A stretch of 64,000 nt of DNA from NCBI GenBank assembly GCA_963924565.1, contig OZ004614.1, positions 25,482,001 to 25,546,000 on the forward strand, read 5' to 3'. This document shows positions 12,108-23,066 of this stretch, piece by piece. A program made the position numbers and the translations under genes. The stretch is from Ascidiella aspersa. Its lineage: Eukaryota. The notes under the pieces were generated by a model. The model had not been told where the DNA came from, ran no database searches, and saw only the letters and a program-made list of their open reading frames with translations. Each line of letters begins with the position of its first letter. The stretch's first letter is position 1.

Positions 12108-12847
12108 CTAAGAAAGAAAGATTTGTCTTATGTTGTTTTCCAGACTTTATAATTACGATTTTTTAGCTTTAGGAAAGCCTTAAAAAAAACAGTTGGTCCA
12201 GTAAGTATTTTTTGAGCCTTCGAGATTTTATAGCTAAAGCCGAAACAATTTCCAACCAAAAAAATAGGATAATCAACTATTTGATGGTGGCCAGCACAAA
12301 CAAAGGATTAGTCAGATTATTTGCAAAATGTAAAATACGACTATGTCAATTTTCTGGCCGGAGTCTGTACGCGTAGTTTACAGCGAGGCCAATAAAACAA
12401 CACGCACAATTTCTGCAAATAATTACCTATTGAAGACATTTTTTTAAGGTTTAGATTAAGTGTCCGATAGCAAATTTCGAAGATCCAAAACTGTTAAATC
12501 TAAGAACTACTTGATTAGACCGTTTCGTTTTCAGAAGGTGTCTCGTTCAATTCATTATCTAGTGTATTAAGTATATCCTTTGTTAAAAATCCCTTATATT
12601 TTATAATACCCTTTGTAATTTATTATATTAAAAATCCCTATGAAATGTATTGCCACTTACTATTTTAAGTAAATACGTGGTAGTTTGTCAGCACGCTCTA
12701 GGAAATCTTAAACACAGTTAAACACATGTGTCGAAATAGTTAAAAGAAAAATGTTACAAAATCTCATCAAAACTGTTTTAACTAGCGATCGTATCAGACT
12801 AGAGTCAATTAGTTCACGCAGAGAATGCAAGTTCTATAAAAACAAAC

Positions 12848-12960
12848 CTATTCCTTCGTCGACCAGGAGTTCCAAAGAAGCGGATCTGTCCAGTTTCTTC
12901 TCAATTGAAGTCGCTTTACGGAGTCCGGATTCGTCCTCGGGTAGAAGAGATGCTTTGTTC
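12848..12960 (-). CDS. Shroom: Shroom exon L (QNKASLLPEDESGLRKATSIEKKLDRSASLELLVDEGI); phase 2 to 1
   Basis: tttttttag| acceptor, TAG|gtttgt donor. Confidence 0.83.
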
Positions 12961-13586
12961 CTAAAAAAACAAGAGTATCATGGGTTTGTTGGTATTTAAG
13001 AAAAGAAACTCCGGTTTGTTTTACCTCAAGAAAGCGTACAGCAACTTTTTTAAAAACTGGGTTAATAAAACTCGGAAGCATAATGGTTGGAGTTGTAGTG
13101 AGACGCAGTAAGAATGTTGCAATGTTAAGGCACCAAGTTATCAGTGACCTTTGGCCGTTTGACCGCAAGTAATAGAATACTTACACAATTAAAAAGGTCA
13201 TAAAGCACTTACATAAAATGCGCTTTAGCAAACTTACTGTGAATCCTAACACTTAGTTTACAAGCGGCTGAGCTTAAACTTACTGCTGCTGCAGAAACTT
13301 TATACTTAAATGTCGATTACATTACAGATCATATTTTCAAGCTAAATTACTGTACATATCGTGCACCGAAGTTAACTGAGTAATATGATATTTATTTATT
13401 TATTTATTTATTGACAAGCCGTGTATTAAGGGCGCTTGTAAAGTTATGGAGTTATTAGTTTGCAGAAAATGTGACGCGATTTTACTTTCTTTGTGTGTCG
13501 CAAAAAAAACTTTGAAAGCCTCTGCTATAAACTCCGGCACTTACACAAACAGAAAAGTCTTTAAAGTCGTTTTAGCTTAAACTTAC

Positions 13587-13736
13587 TGCTGCTGCAGAAA
13601 CTTTGCTCTGGTCTCTTGGAAGTTTGGAAGCCTCCTTACGCTAGACACGTGGGTATGTTGGGGCTTCCCCGCAGTGGGGGTGCTGGCGGGGTGGGGAGGG
13701 GGTGATTTTGTGTCAGAGGGGATGTCCCCAGATGAC
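13587..13736 (-). CDS. Shroom: Shroom exon K (GSSGDIPSDTKSPPP...LPNFQETRAKFLQQ); phase 2 to 2
   Basis: tctctaccag| acceptor, CA|gtaagt donor; 150 nt open. Confidence 0.85.
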
Positions 13737-14011
13737 CTGGTAGAGAGAAATGTGATGTAAAGTGTTGGGAAGCTTTAAAACAATATTAGGTGGAATCTGG
13801 AGAGTATACTCTTAGAGTTGTGGTAATCATATAACCATTTTAAAACTCTAATGTTATAACAATTAAGATCATCATTAAGGACAAACTATTTGAAACTACA
13901 GCATTTTAAATGTTTAGAAAAGTAATTACAAATGTGGTTATAAATCATTATTTTTAAAAACAAAAGATAAAATATGTTTCTTGTGGAATCTGGACAGTAT
14001 ACTGTTAAGCA

Positions 14012-14312
14012 TGATGTCCGATATTAGGTGTTGTTGAAAACGATACCCGATATTTTGGACGAAAGTATCGCGATCCCATCCGATATCAAATGACGTCATT
14101 ACTATGCTCAACCAAGCAAAATAGTTGGAATTGAAACTCTCAATGGTGTTTTTTAAGGTTATTAGGCCAAAATTGCTTTGGAATTAAAAGGTCCCAAATC
14201 AGAGCTGAAATTGCTGTATTAATTTGGCATCGGATCGGCACCAGTACCACCCTAATATCAGACGAGTGCCGACACTACCACTTGGTTTCGGGGATCTGCC
14301 TCGATCAGACAT
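14012..14312. mobile_element. CCGAT/ATCGG-rich MITE (family C)
   Basis: atgtccgat...atcagacat ends; internal acccgatattttggacgaaagtatcg matches the reverse complement of 43325-43350; partial copy at 49885-49925. Confidence 0.6.
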
Positions 14313-14449
14313 TGCTACTGTTGTGGTAATTATCTAACCATATAAAAACTCAAATGACAATTAACATTTATTTGATGTATAACTCTAGACTTAAAACATT
14401 TGAAGGTTGTTTTCGCAACAGGCGTTTCGGTATGTGTCGGGGTGCTTAC

Positions 14450-14572
14450 CCGGTTTTTGCCATCCTGTCTTCCTGCGTTCCACTCCCAGATCTACGTCGC
14501 TTGTCAGTCTCGTCGCTGTGTGACGTATAAATGCTCATTGATGACGACGTGTGCGTTTGGTTGAGCGGGGAA
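14450..14572 (-). CDS. Shroom: Shroom exon J (NSPLNQTHTSSSMSIY...RMAKT); phase 2 to 2
   Basis: ttctttcaag| acceptor, GG|gtaagc donor; 123 nt open. Confidence 0.83.
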
Positions 14573-14699
14573 CTTGAAAGAAAATTAGGTTTCACGTTGT
14601 TTGATGTGTTGTTCACATCAAGCAATGTTTAATAAAGATGAAAGATAAATTGATTTAGGGTAAGATTTTACAAAAAATCGAATACCAAATATATTCCGT

Positions 14700-14870
14700 T
14701 GGAAAAAAAGTTGGTTAAAAAATTTTGAAAAAAAAAGTTGGTCAAAAAAATTAAAAAAAATTGGTTAAAAAAATTAAAAAAAAAGTTGGTCAAAAAAATT
14801 AAAAAAAAGTTGGTCAAAAAAATTAAAAAAAAAGTTGGTCAAAAAAATTAAAACAAAAGTTGGGTCAATT
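14700..14870. repeat. Minisatellite of about 23 nt (aaaaaaagttggtcaaaaaaatt), about 7 copies
   Basis: Direct inspection. Confidence 0.9.
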
Positions 14871-14884
14871 TTCACAAAACTTAC

Positions 14885-15082
14885 TTTTCGACCGAATTTT
14901 TTCCGCTTTTCTGTGAGATCATCTGGATTACCCTGGGGTCAATTCCCGACCCCGCCTTGGGGCTTTCGCATTCCGGCTTCACGTCGATCGAGATCCGCCT
15001 GTTCCTGGGCACTGACGTCATCTTTGGAGAGAACGGGCTCCTCTGGGTCGGTGACGTCACGTCGGAATCGTCCGATCCGAAA
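14885..15082 (-). CDS. Shroom: Shroom exon I (SFGSDDSDVTSPTQRSP...KNSVE); phase 2 to 2
   Basis: gaccag| acceptor, AA|gtaagt donor; ORF 14881..15090. Confidence 0.83.
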
Positions 15083-16044
15083 CTGGTCATTTAGTAAAAA
15101 GTAATATTTACACTTTTTTTGTTTTATATAAACTGTTGCTGCCAGGTATAGTAATATAGGTCAAAACCCCTCTGGAATTAAAATTATGAATGGAGCTGTT
15201 TTTTATCTATTTTTCTCTGTTTTGTCAGTTTTGAGAGGATTTTCACTTAGGTTTCAGGAAAAACTTTACAGGATCAATATGATTTGTATATTAAAAAAAT
15301 ATATCAATTAAATTTTAGCAACAAAACAACCGAAACTTAATAATTTTGAAAAAAAAACTTACAAACAAAAATGAAGAAATTCGGCAAAGCAGAAGACGAA
15401 CGGAATCAAATTTTAGTGGTATAATAAAACTCAATATTTTTCAAATACATTAGTTTATAAATTTATAATAATATTGACATCTTTTTAGTTTTGGAAGATA
15501 CAAAAATCCATCGAAACTAGATAATTTAAAAAAAAATACCAACAAAAATAAAAAATTCCCAAATCAATGAACGACGGATTGGAAACTCGATAGTTTAAAG
15601 AAAACTTAATTAAAATAAAATTATTATTCATTTTTATTTTATTTTGTCGTTTAGTTGAATGCGTTAAAAAAATGTCCTGCAATATAAAACATGAAGAGAA
15701 ATAGCAAACGAAGAGAGAATTAACAAACAAAAAACAAGTGTTTTTAAAGTGGCATTCCATAGCATAAACTAAAAAATTTAATTAACTTGACAATTATGTA
15801 AAAATGAAAAAAAAATACAATTTTTAGCTTTTTTTGCTATTGTTTCAAGAAGAAATATTTGCTTTTAAACACAAAAAGGAAAAACGGCAAACGAAGACAG
15901 ATTTAAACGAAATAAAAACAGGTGTTTCTATCAACAGCATTCCCATAGCAAAAAATAAAAGAATTAAACAAACGGAGAATTAAATAAAAACACCAAGATA
16001 CCGAAAAATTCGGAAACACGGGAAAATGACGTCATGCACTTGAC

Positions 16045-16062
16045 CGAATGCGCCCCCAGTGG
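16045..16062 (-). CDS. Shroom: Candidate 18-nt microexon (S-H-W-G-R-I-R)
   Basis: tttttccacactttcag|CCACTGGGGGCGCATTCG|gtcaagTGCATG; GC-rich island in an AT-rich intron; weak donor. Confidence 0.4.
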
Positions 16063-16423
16063 CTGAAAGTGTGGAAAAATTAACAACAACTAAAATACTG
16101 CGTCTAAATTTATGCAGTAAAAGCTGTAATGAAAGAAATACTTCTAAAAAACGATGTAGCAGAAACCCTGCATTTATATTTTTGTTCTTTAACTTTTTAA
16201 GTGTTTTCAAAAAAATATAAAGTTATTTCCCGCAACTAGTAATAATGAATAAATAAATATCAAATTTGGCTTCGAAAATAGTTAAACAAAAATTTTAACA
16301 ATTTGAAGATATATAAAATTGAGAAAAGATATGAAGGTTTCAATTACAAACATGTTAAGAACCACATCGTTTGCCCATTTCACCGCTTTCAGCCATTTAC
16401 TTAAGCAAAGCGAGCGAATATAC

Positions 16424-16528
16424 CTTGGAATCATGTTCCTTGGGAGGGACTCCGACTTTCTGGGGTAACACGGGGATTTCCCGTGGGTGCTAGTGGGTGC
16501 AACAGGGGTTCGATGAATTGGGGCATGC
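16424..16528 (-). CDS. Shroom: Shroom exon H (RHAPIHRTPVAPTSTHGKSP...NMIP); phase 2 to 2
   Basis: tttcccccag| acceptor, AAG|gtatat donor; 105 nt, GC-rich island within ORF 16282..16602. Confidence 0.75.
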
Positions 16529-17517
16529 CTGGGGGAAACAAAACCATGCAAAGGGTTCCCGAAATTAAAGAACACAAGAACACATCGAAAATAAAATGTC
16601 AAAATGAGAGGTTTTGTCGGATTTTAGTGTTTTTTACAGTGTGCATGCGTTTTATTGTGTGGGGTTATTAACGTTAAAATGTTAAAAAAGTTAAATAAAA
16701 TGACTTGGGATGTTATTATAAATAAAGAAAACAATAATCACGGACAACGCTAACAAATTCGAAATAAATACTTAATCAACAAATTTTAAGAACTAATAAT
16801 TGTTTTTCAGGATTTTCTTAAAAACATTCAAATCAGAAAAATGGTGTTAATTTTAATGAAATTATAATACTCCAAACACGAGTCGAAAGACTTCAAAATC
16901 GTAAGGATCAGAAAATGTTGTGTCGTAATTTTTCCAAAAAGTACGCAAATTCACATAAACAATCAAATTTTAAAATCAAAACAAACACAATTGTTTTATT
17001 ATTAGAAACATAAAATTTAGAGAGTCAGTCCATAAAATTAGAGCAACCTACATGCAAACTGAAAAAAGGAACACATGCAAATTAGTCTTAGTACGTCGTA
17101 ATACAACAAGAAGTTTGTTGTAAAAATACATTTTCTGCTTATTCTATACGCTAGCGGCTAGTAGTTCCCATAAAAAATCAAATAAGCGAGAAAAACTGAA
17201 CAAACGATCAGAAAGAAATCTACAACAACATACTTAGCAATTATTATAAACCGATTAGATAAAAACCGATTTGCTTTTATGAATGCAGCCGCATTTAACA
17301 GATTAGACAAGGTAGTTCAGCCTAATAGCAGCAGTATCAATACCTAAGTAGCTTATTAAGTAATTATTCTATTAATTTTTAATGCTAGTGTGGTAGCGCT
17401 AAAATACAAATTATTTTATCTAGCCAGTATCTGTCATCAATTAACTAAACTTAAACAACATAAAATTGTCTAAAGTCTTATTATTTAGGTAGTTAAACAA
17501 GTTTTAGTAGCTCGCAC

Positions 17518-17673
17518 CTGTTGGATCGCTGTCTAGCGACACCTGCCGACTTCGGTCGTTGTTTGCCGCTGTTACTAGGTGTCGCCTCGGGGCCGTAGTT
17601 AAAGCTGCGACCGGTTACCACGGTTTCCGGTTTCTCGCTCAAATCGTCCATTTCGTTGCCATAGGAACGAGAT
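17518..17673 (-). CDS. Shroom: Shroom exon G (RSRSYGNEMDDLSEKP...RQRSN); phase 2 to 2
   Basis: cccgcag| acceptor, CAG|gtgcga donor; 156 nt open. Confidence 0.85.
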
Positions 17674-18158
17674 CTGCGGGAGGTTAAAGGTCACAATTTA
17701 ATTTTGCTTCAAATGTTCGTGTGTGAATAAATTAGGAGTTAACTGTAGAAAGCATTAGGCCTGGCGCATTACATTTTTATTGTATTATAAGCACCGTATT
17801 GCTGTTTTAACAAACAATATTACGTAGTTACTATCTCAACAAAATAATATCGGAATTATGATTATCACCTAGCAAACGATCTTTTAGGCCGTCTGTTTTA
17901 CTTTTTCTAACTCAATATCACTTGTTCGACCATTTATTACATTGTATACATGTTTTAAATGTTATATCATAGCTAATATGAGGTCTGCAAAAAGGGTTTT
18001 TCTTAATTTGGCCTAATAAAGTCTGTGTGACCTTTAAAATAAATCGTGGTTCAATAAGGGAGGACACAATATATGCTTTGTATTAATTTATACAAGGTAG
18101 ACAATAGACGTGAACTGAATACCCCTAAATTATTGCTGAGATATCTCAAAATCTCAGA

Positions 18159-18184
18159 ACCGGGTTCGATTCCCGGCCAGTACG
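18159..18184 (+). pseudogene. tRNA 3'-half / B-box fragment (SINE relic)
   Basis: CCGGG-TTCGATT-CCCGG-CCAG perfect T arm; no 5' half. Confidence 0.45.
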
Positions 18185-18386
18185 AGTTTAATCACACATT
18201 TTTTTGTATAAATCAGTTAATACATAACAACTATACGGAAAGAACCCTAATAACTTAAGTTCTTAGTATGTTAGGACTTGATCACAGCCCGTTGAACGAA
18301 TCTAACACGTTGCGCATGTGTAGTTAACTTAAGTACTTCGCATGTTAAGACTCGATCACGTTATGCATGTTAATTAACGTAAGTAC

Positions 18387-18511
18387 CTGGCATGTGGGAT
18401 TAACACTGGCTGTGCTTTACAGGGGTCTAAGTTCTTCATAGGGTGTTTTCTGTTCTGCAGACTTCGTTGATATTGGAAATTGTCGCCTTTAAATGAAGTC
18501 TCGCGTAGAAC
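18387..18511 (-). CDS. Shroom: Shroom exon F, ASD1 core (VLRETSFKGDNFQYQRSL...LIPHA); phase 0 to 2
   Basis: gtttcag| acceptor, CAG|gtactt donor; VLxxTSF ASD1 motif. Confidence 0.88.
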
Positions 18512-19407
18512 CTGAAACATGCAATTATTAGGATTGAAGTGCTACAGAATATAGAAAGAATATACCTTTTCGAGAAACATACGTAAAAACATTTAGTTCG
18601 TCTCTAGAAGCAGTAAAATATCAAGCTCACATAGAGGTAGGCAGCATTTTGAACGTTTTTATTACTTCTTTATTAAATTAGTTGTCTCTAATGTGTAGAT
18701 ATTTACAGTTTTACAAAATGAATGTAATTTATTACGCAGTGAAGACACATGCATAATTTCAAAGTAAATTAACTATTTACAAGGTACAAATTTTGCAAAA
18801 GGTATATTTAAAAACAACAAAACAACTAAAAAACACGGGGGTTGAAGTATAACAACTTTATTTATAACTCGGAAATATTGAGACCGTTGACCATTGTGCA
18901 GCTCGCTACACATTACGAAACGCCAGCATTATATGTTTGCAAGACTCGAGTGTTGAACAAAGCAAACTATATTTTGAAGAGGCGATGTCAATCTCAGCGC
19001 GACAATTTCGATGGGAAAGGCAAATAACACGATGCAGTTTGATTGACTAACTTCATTCAGGTGGAACGTAATACGGCATTTGTTTTAATTTGATTTAATC
19101 CTCGCATTTAAGGCGAGTTTTATGTGTGTAAGTACTTAAAACAAGTTAAACTCCCAAACACAGGGTTGTCTCACACTTTTATGAAAATAATTTCAAACAC
19201 AATACTTTTCCGTTTTTCATTACAATTCGAAAAGAAAACAGTATAAACTGCATTTTCAACTCAACAACAAATAGTTTAGCATTGGCATTTTCTAAACACA
19301 TAATTCAAGTTGGATAACTCAAGTAAAGGAATTTAAATAAATTTGGAAAAAGGTAGGGTTTATTAACGACTTTTTGATACCCATATAAATACCCATGTAA
19401 AGTTTAC

Positions 19408-19492
19408 CTTTCTCGACATGTTCTGTAAAGTGTCGCGGTAAATTATTACCTCGTCACTGGCTTGATCCAAATCGTCTTCTTGGCTCCAGCCA
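19408..19492 (-). CDS. Shroom: Shroom exon E, ASD1 start (SGWSQEDDLDQASDEVIIYRDTLQNMSRK); phase 2 to 0
   Basis: ttgtttag| acceptor, AAG|gtaaac donor; ASD1-like YRxxLxxxxxK. Confidence 0.88.
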
Positions 19493-19724
19493 CTAAACAA
19501 GAAAAACAAATATAAAAAATAAGTTGGATCTGATCTCAGAATGCGTCAAGTTAGACGCGAAATACCCAAATATTCCGTCACTATATATCAATAGAGCGGA
19601 GTGCATTGGGCAAGAAAGTTCCCACCAAATATTAGAAAAGCAATCAACACTTCAATGTGTAACATTTCGAACGACCCTATAATCAGTTCCAATTTCAGCA
19701 AGTTGTTTTTTAAGTTGGTTTGTC

Positions 19725-19900
19725 GGTCGTTTTAGTTAGACATAGCAGGAGTACCAAAACCCATCTAGAAGTAGGTAGCATTTGGACGTTTCCAACAACC
19801 CTTTATTAATTTTTAATATGTTATTCGAAAACGTTCAAAGTATTAACTATTAGATTCCATATTCCTGCAACGTCTGACTAAAACCTCCAACCATTATGCT
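19725..19900. mobile_element. MITE-like family A copy with both inverted arms
   Basis: tagttagacatag...gaagtaggtagcatttggacgtttc ... gaaaacgttcaaa...acgtctgactaaaacctccaaccattatgc. Confidence 0.7.
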
Positions 19901-20039
19901 AAAAAAGTGTACTATAAAGAGTATTTATCAGAAATTCAGTAAAAAAATGCATCCCAAAATCAATGGAAACCTTATATGAATGTAGTGTGCCACACAAATA
20001 CAAAATAATGTACTATAACGAGTACAACATGAAGCAAAC

Positions 20040-20866
20040 CTGATTGAGGTTGTATTCTTGTTGCTTTCAGCTGGTGAAGTCAAGTTCTTTGCGTCTTTAC
20101 TCGGAGATTTCATTCCAGAAGGCCACAGCATTTCGTAGTTGGCTCCAGGAGGTTGAGATTGTCTCAAAGAGTTCATAATCGACCTCTGGTTGCCATCGGA
20201 GTTGTATTCACCGGATAATGGACGCACACTGTGCGGAGATTTGCTCATTTTTGTCGGCTCCTTCGTCTTGAAGACTGAGAGTTTTGGAGCGCTTTCTTCC
20301 CCCGTCGTCACGCTCAGGAACTCGGAGGACTTTGTTCTCCTGTGAACTTGAGGGGTCTTCCAGAGGACCCCGTACCTCCCCCGTCCTCTGCTTGCATCCG
20401 AGAGGTCTCCGGACTCCCCGGACTCTGCAGATCCTCCTCTGGAGTGGTCGGAGGAGCTTGTGATAGGGTCAGAGTAGGAAGAGGTCTTCTGGTGCTCCGA
20501 AATCTTCCTGGAAACGTAATCGGATCCGGACACGGGCTCGTAATGGGAGTAGGAGTCCTTGAGGAGCTCATAGCGCGGAGGAGTGGCTTGGGAAGAATGA
20601 TGAGGTGTCTTCTCGGAGGACTCGTGGTCGATTGTCTTCGGAGAAACAGCAAGGCTCCTTATTTCTTTCGATTTTCCGGTTGCCATGACACCGAATACCC
20701 TCTCCTGCCTTCTCTGATGAGGATCGTTGATCTTCTCGGAGGATTTAAGCCGATCTGCTCCCAGGGGAGCCTGCCTCTCCTGCGGATGATGTGCTCCGGA
20801 TGTAGCTCCTGGGGGAGATGGATGACTATGGTGGTCGGGAGAGGTGGAGTAGCGATGCTGGTCATT
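20040..20866 (-). CDS. Shroom: Shroom exon D (NDQHRYSTSP...NTTSI); phase 0 to 2
   Basis: tcttctcgcag| acceptor, in frame with ORF 19928..20686; AG|gtttgc donor. Confidence 0.88.
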
Positions 20867-21415
20867 CTGCGAGAAGAGACGATGTTGTTGGGTTGTTAGG
20901 ATGAAGATTGGGTGTTAAGAGGGAAATTTTAAAACTGAGGCAAACGTCAGTTACGTTCTGACAAAACAAGATCCATAAAACAAATTAAATTTTGTTTTTA
21001 AATATGAGAAAATTTTGTTCAAAAAAAAGGAAGGTGAAAATCGTTCAACAAATGAACAAAAACTATAATGAGATTTTTGAAATTGACATTAAGTATAAAA
21101 TTCTATTGAATTACTTCCAACAACATTATTTGAAATATTCATGCCTTGCCTTTTCAAAATTGCAAAAAACAAGCATTGGGAAACATGATAAACGTTTTTT
21201 TTGGCAATTGCAATAAAACAAAGACGCTAAAAAAAGACTCTTTTATATCTTCACCTTATTTTACACTAAAAAAAAGTAATGGCCAAAAAATGTTTGAAAA
21301 AACAGACTTCGATAATATCGAACATTGTTGCTTTTAAAATTTGATTAAACAAAGAATAACATATCCTTGAACAACATTTTTTTTCGTAAACAGGAAATAA
21401 GGTTTAATTTAAATC

Positions 21416-21695
21416 CACATTAACTGATGACGATACAAGTTTATTAAGATGATCTCGATCTACTCGACCTTTTTGGCTTTCTTATTCATTATCAAGCTGC
21501 ACTACATATTCGTGCATAGTGTAGCCAACCTTTTATAAGTGAAACTTTGATTTACTTCTGAGTCACATTAACTGAAGATGATACAAGTTCGTATCGAAAC
21601 GTCTTAATCAAGATGCTGTCGATCTACTCGACTTTTTTGGCTTTGCAATTCATTATTTAGCTACTTTACACATTCGTGCATAGCGTACCTAACTA
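21416..21695 (+). mobile_element. Tandem pair (about 148-nt period) of a hammerhead-containing repeat, Penelope/retrozyme-like
   Basis: Both units share cacattaactga.ga.gatacaagtt...aagatg..tcgatctactcgac.ttttggcttt...attcattat...ttcgtgcatag; the first unit has lost the GTATCGAAACGTC segment. Confidence 0.75.
21567..21608 (+). ncRNA. Minimal type I hammerhead ribozyme motif
   Basis: ATTAA-CTGAAGA-T-GATAC(AAGTTC)GTATC-GAA-ACGT-C^TTAAT: stem I ATTAA/TTAAT, core CUGANGA, 5-bp stem II, GAAA, palindromic ACGU stem III, GUC cleavage triplet at 21601-21603. Confidence 0.8.
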
Positions 21696-21777
21696 ACCAA
21701 AGATATGTGATATTTTTACAATTACTTTTTTGATTAAACAAATATTAATTTATATTTTTACAAACTACTTCACTCAC

Positions 21778-22663
21778 CGGTGAATGGGCGCTGTGCGATC
21801 GAACGTGATAATGTTTCATCGCTTCGATGCTTGAACTGTCGCGCTGCGGAGGTTCGGGGACTGTGCTCTCGCTCGTCTTCACGATCCTAGCATCCGAGAA
21901 CTTGAACTTTGTGGTGGAGTCCTCCGGAGCAGTTCCTCCTCTCCAGGAGCGGCTTGCAACTGAGGAGGACTTTTCAGAGCCGTAAGGAGGAGGAGAAAAA
22001 GAGGAGCGGCGTGTTCCTTGGTAGGAGGAGGGACTCCGGCTATTCTCTCTTCCAGAGAAGCGGTCCGCGTCGTCTGATGGAGTCCTCCGGACACGGCTTA
22101 TCTTCTCTAAGTCTTCCCGTGATCTGCTGTACTGCTGATCGTGCTGGAGGGAAGATGTGGTGGTGGTGAGCTTCTCGAAGCGGTTCTTCTGTTTGCTCAC
22201 AATGCCCGGATGCGGTTGCGATGGCGACGGTTGCTTATAGCAACTGCGGCTGCTGCTGATAATCACCTGCGGGTAACTCTCCCTAGCAACGTAGTTGGAG
22301 TTGCTGTCCAGGTTGTCAAGGCTACCACGAGAGCTGCTCATGTTTGTTCCGGAGCTGCGCGAACTGGATGCGCTCAGGCGGTTGCTACGCGACGAGGAGA
22401 AGTGCGAGCCTCCGGATATCAAAGAGTCCTTGGATCCGTTGTAGACCGACTTGAGCTCGCCGGTCTCACACCAGCCGCGCGACCTTCGGCGACCTTGAGC
22501 CTGATTGTTGTAGCCACGTGGCTGCGGGTTGTTGTACATTCCAGTGGGTGATCTCATGGTGATCTCGCGGGAGTAAGAAGCTCCTCCCTCCGTGTCAAGA
22601 TCAGGGTGCTTGGATGCATGCCACGAGCGAGGCCGTTCGGTAGGTAAACCCTTGTCACGTGCT
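21778..22663 (-). CDS. Shroom: Shroom exon C (ARDKGLPTERPRSWHASKH...HSAHSP); phase 2 to 0
   Basis: tttacag| acceptor, CCG|gtgagt donor; contains ORF 21745..22557 and the RPxSWH Shroom motif. Confidence 0.92.
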
Positions 22664-23054
22664 CTGTAAAGAAGTAAGGAAGGGTTAGAATTTGAGATGT
22701 TGTTGTTGTTGTTGTTGTTGTTAAGTTTATATGCTTAAAAAATGATGATTCTGTTTTAAGGGTTCCTGGCTAGCAAAATTCCTGGAATTTCTTGTGTTTA
22801 AACTGTGTTTTATTAGATTCATTACTTTTACCGCTAAAAGTTAACCTTTTTTAAAATTTAACCGTAAGAAGTTAAAAGCAATAACAATAATAATAATCAA
22901 ACGGACATTTTTCCTTTTTAATTCGACCGACAGTCTAAAAATAGTTATGACCGTGACTATACCAGGACGTTATTCTTTCAACTAAGCTACACAGTTTCAG
23001 TGGGTTAAAAGTTGGTAATATTTAAGTAACCTTTGTGATGAAATATCAACTTAC

Positions 23055-23066
23055 AGGACGATGCAT
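23055..23066 (-). CDS. Shroom: Candidate 12-nt microexon (inserts C-I-V-L before ARDKG)
   Basis: ttttcattttcaag|ATGCATCGTCCT|gtaagt; frame-preserving, no stop in phase 2. Confidence 0.5.

Noticed and set aside
14700-14870. CRISPR-like array
   Set aside because: No unique spacers; simple A-rich minisatellite in a eukaryotic intron
20867-20934. Upstream alternative acceptor for exon D (cctcag|)
   Set aside because: Wrong phase relative to exon C and an in-frame TAA
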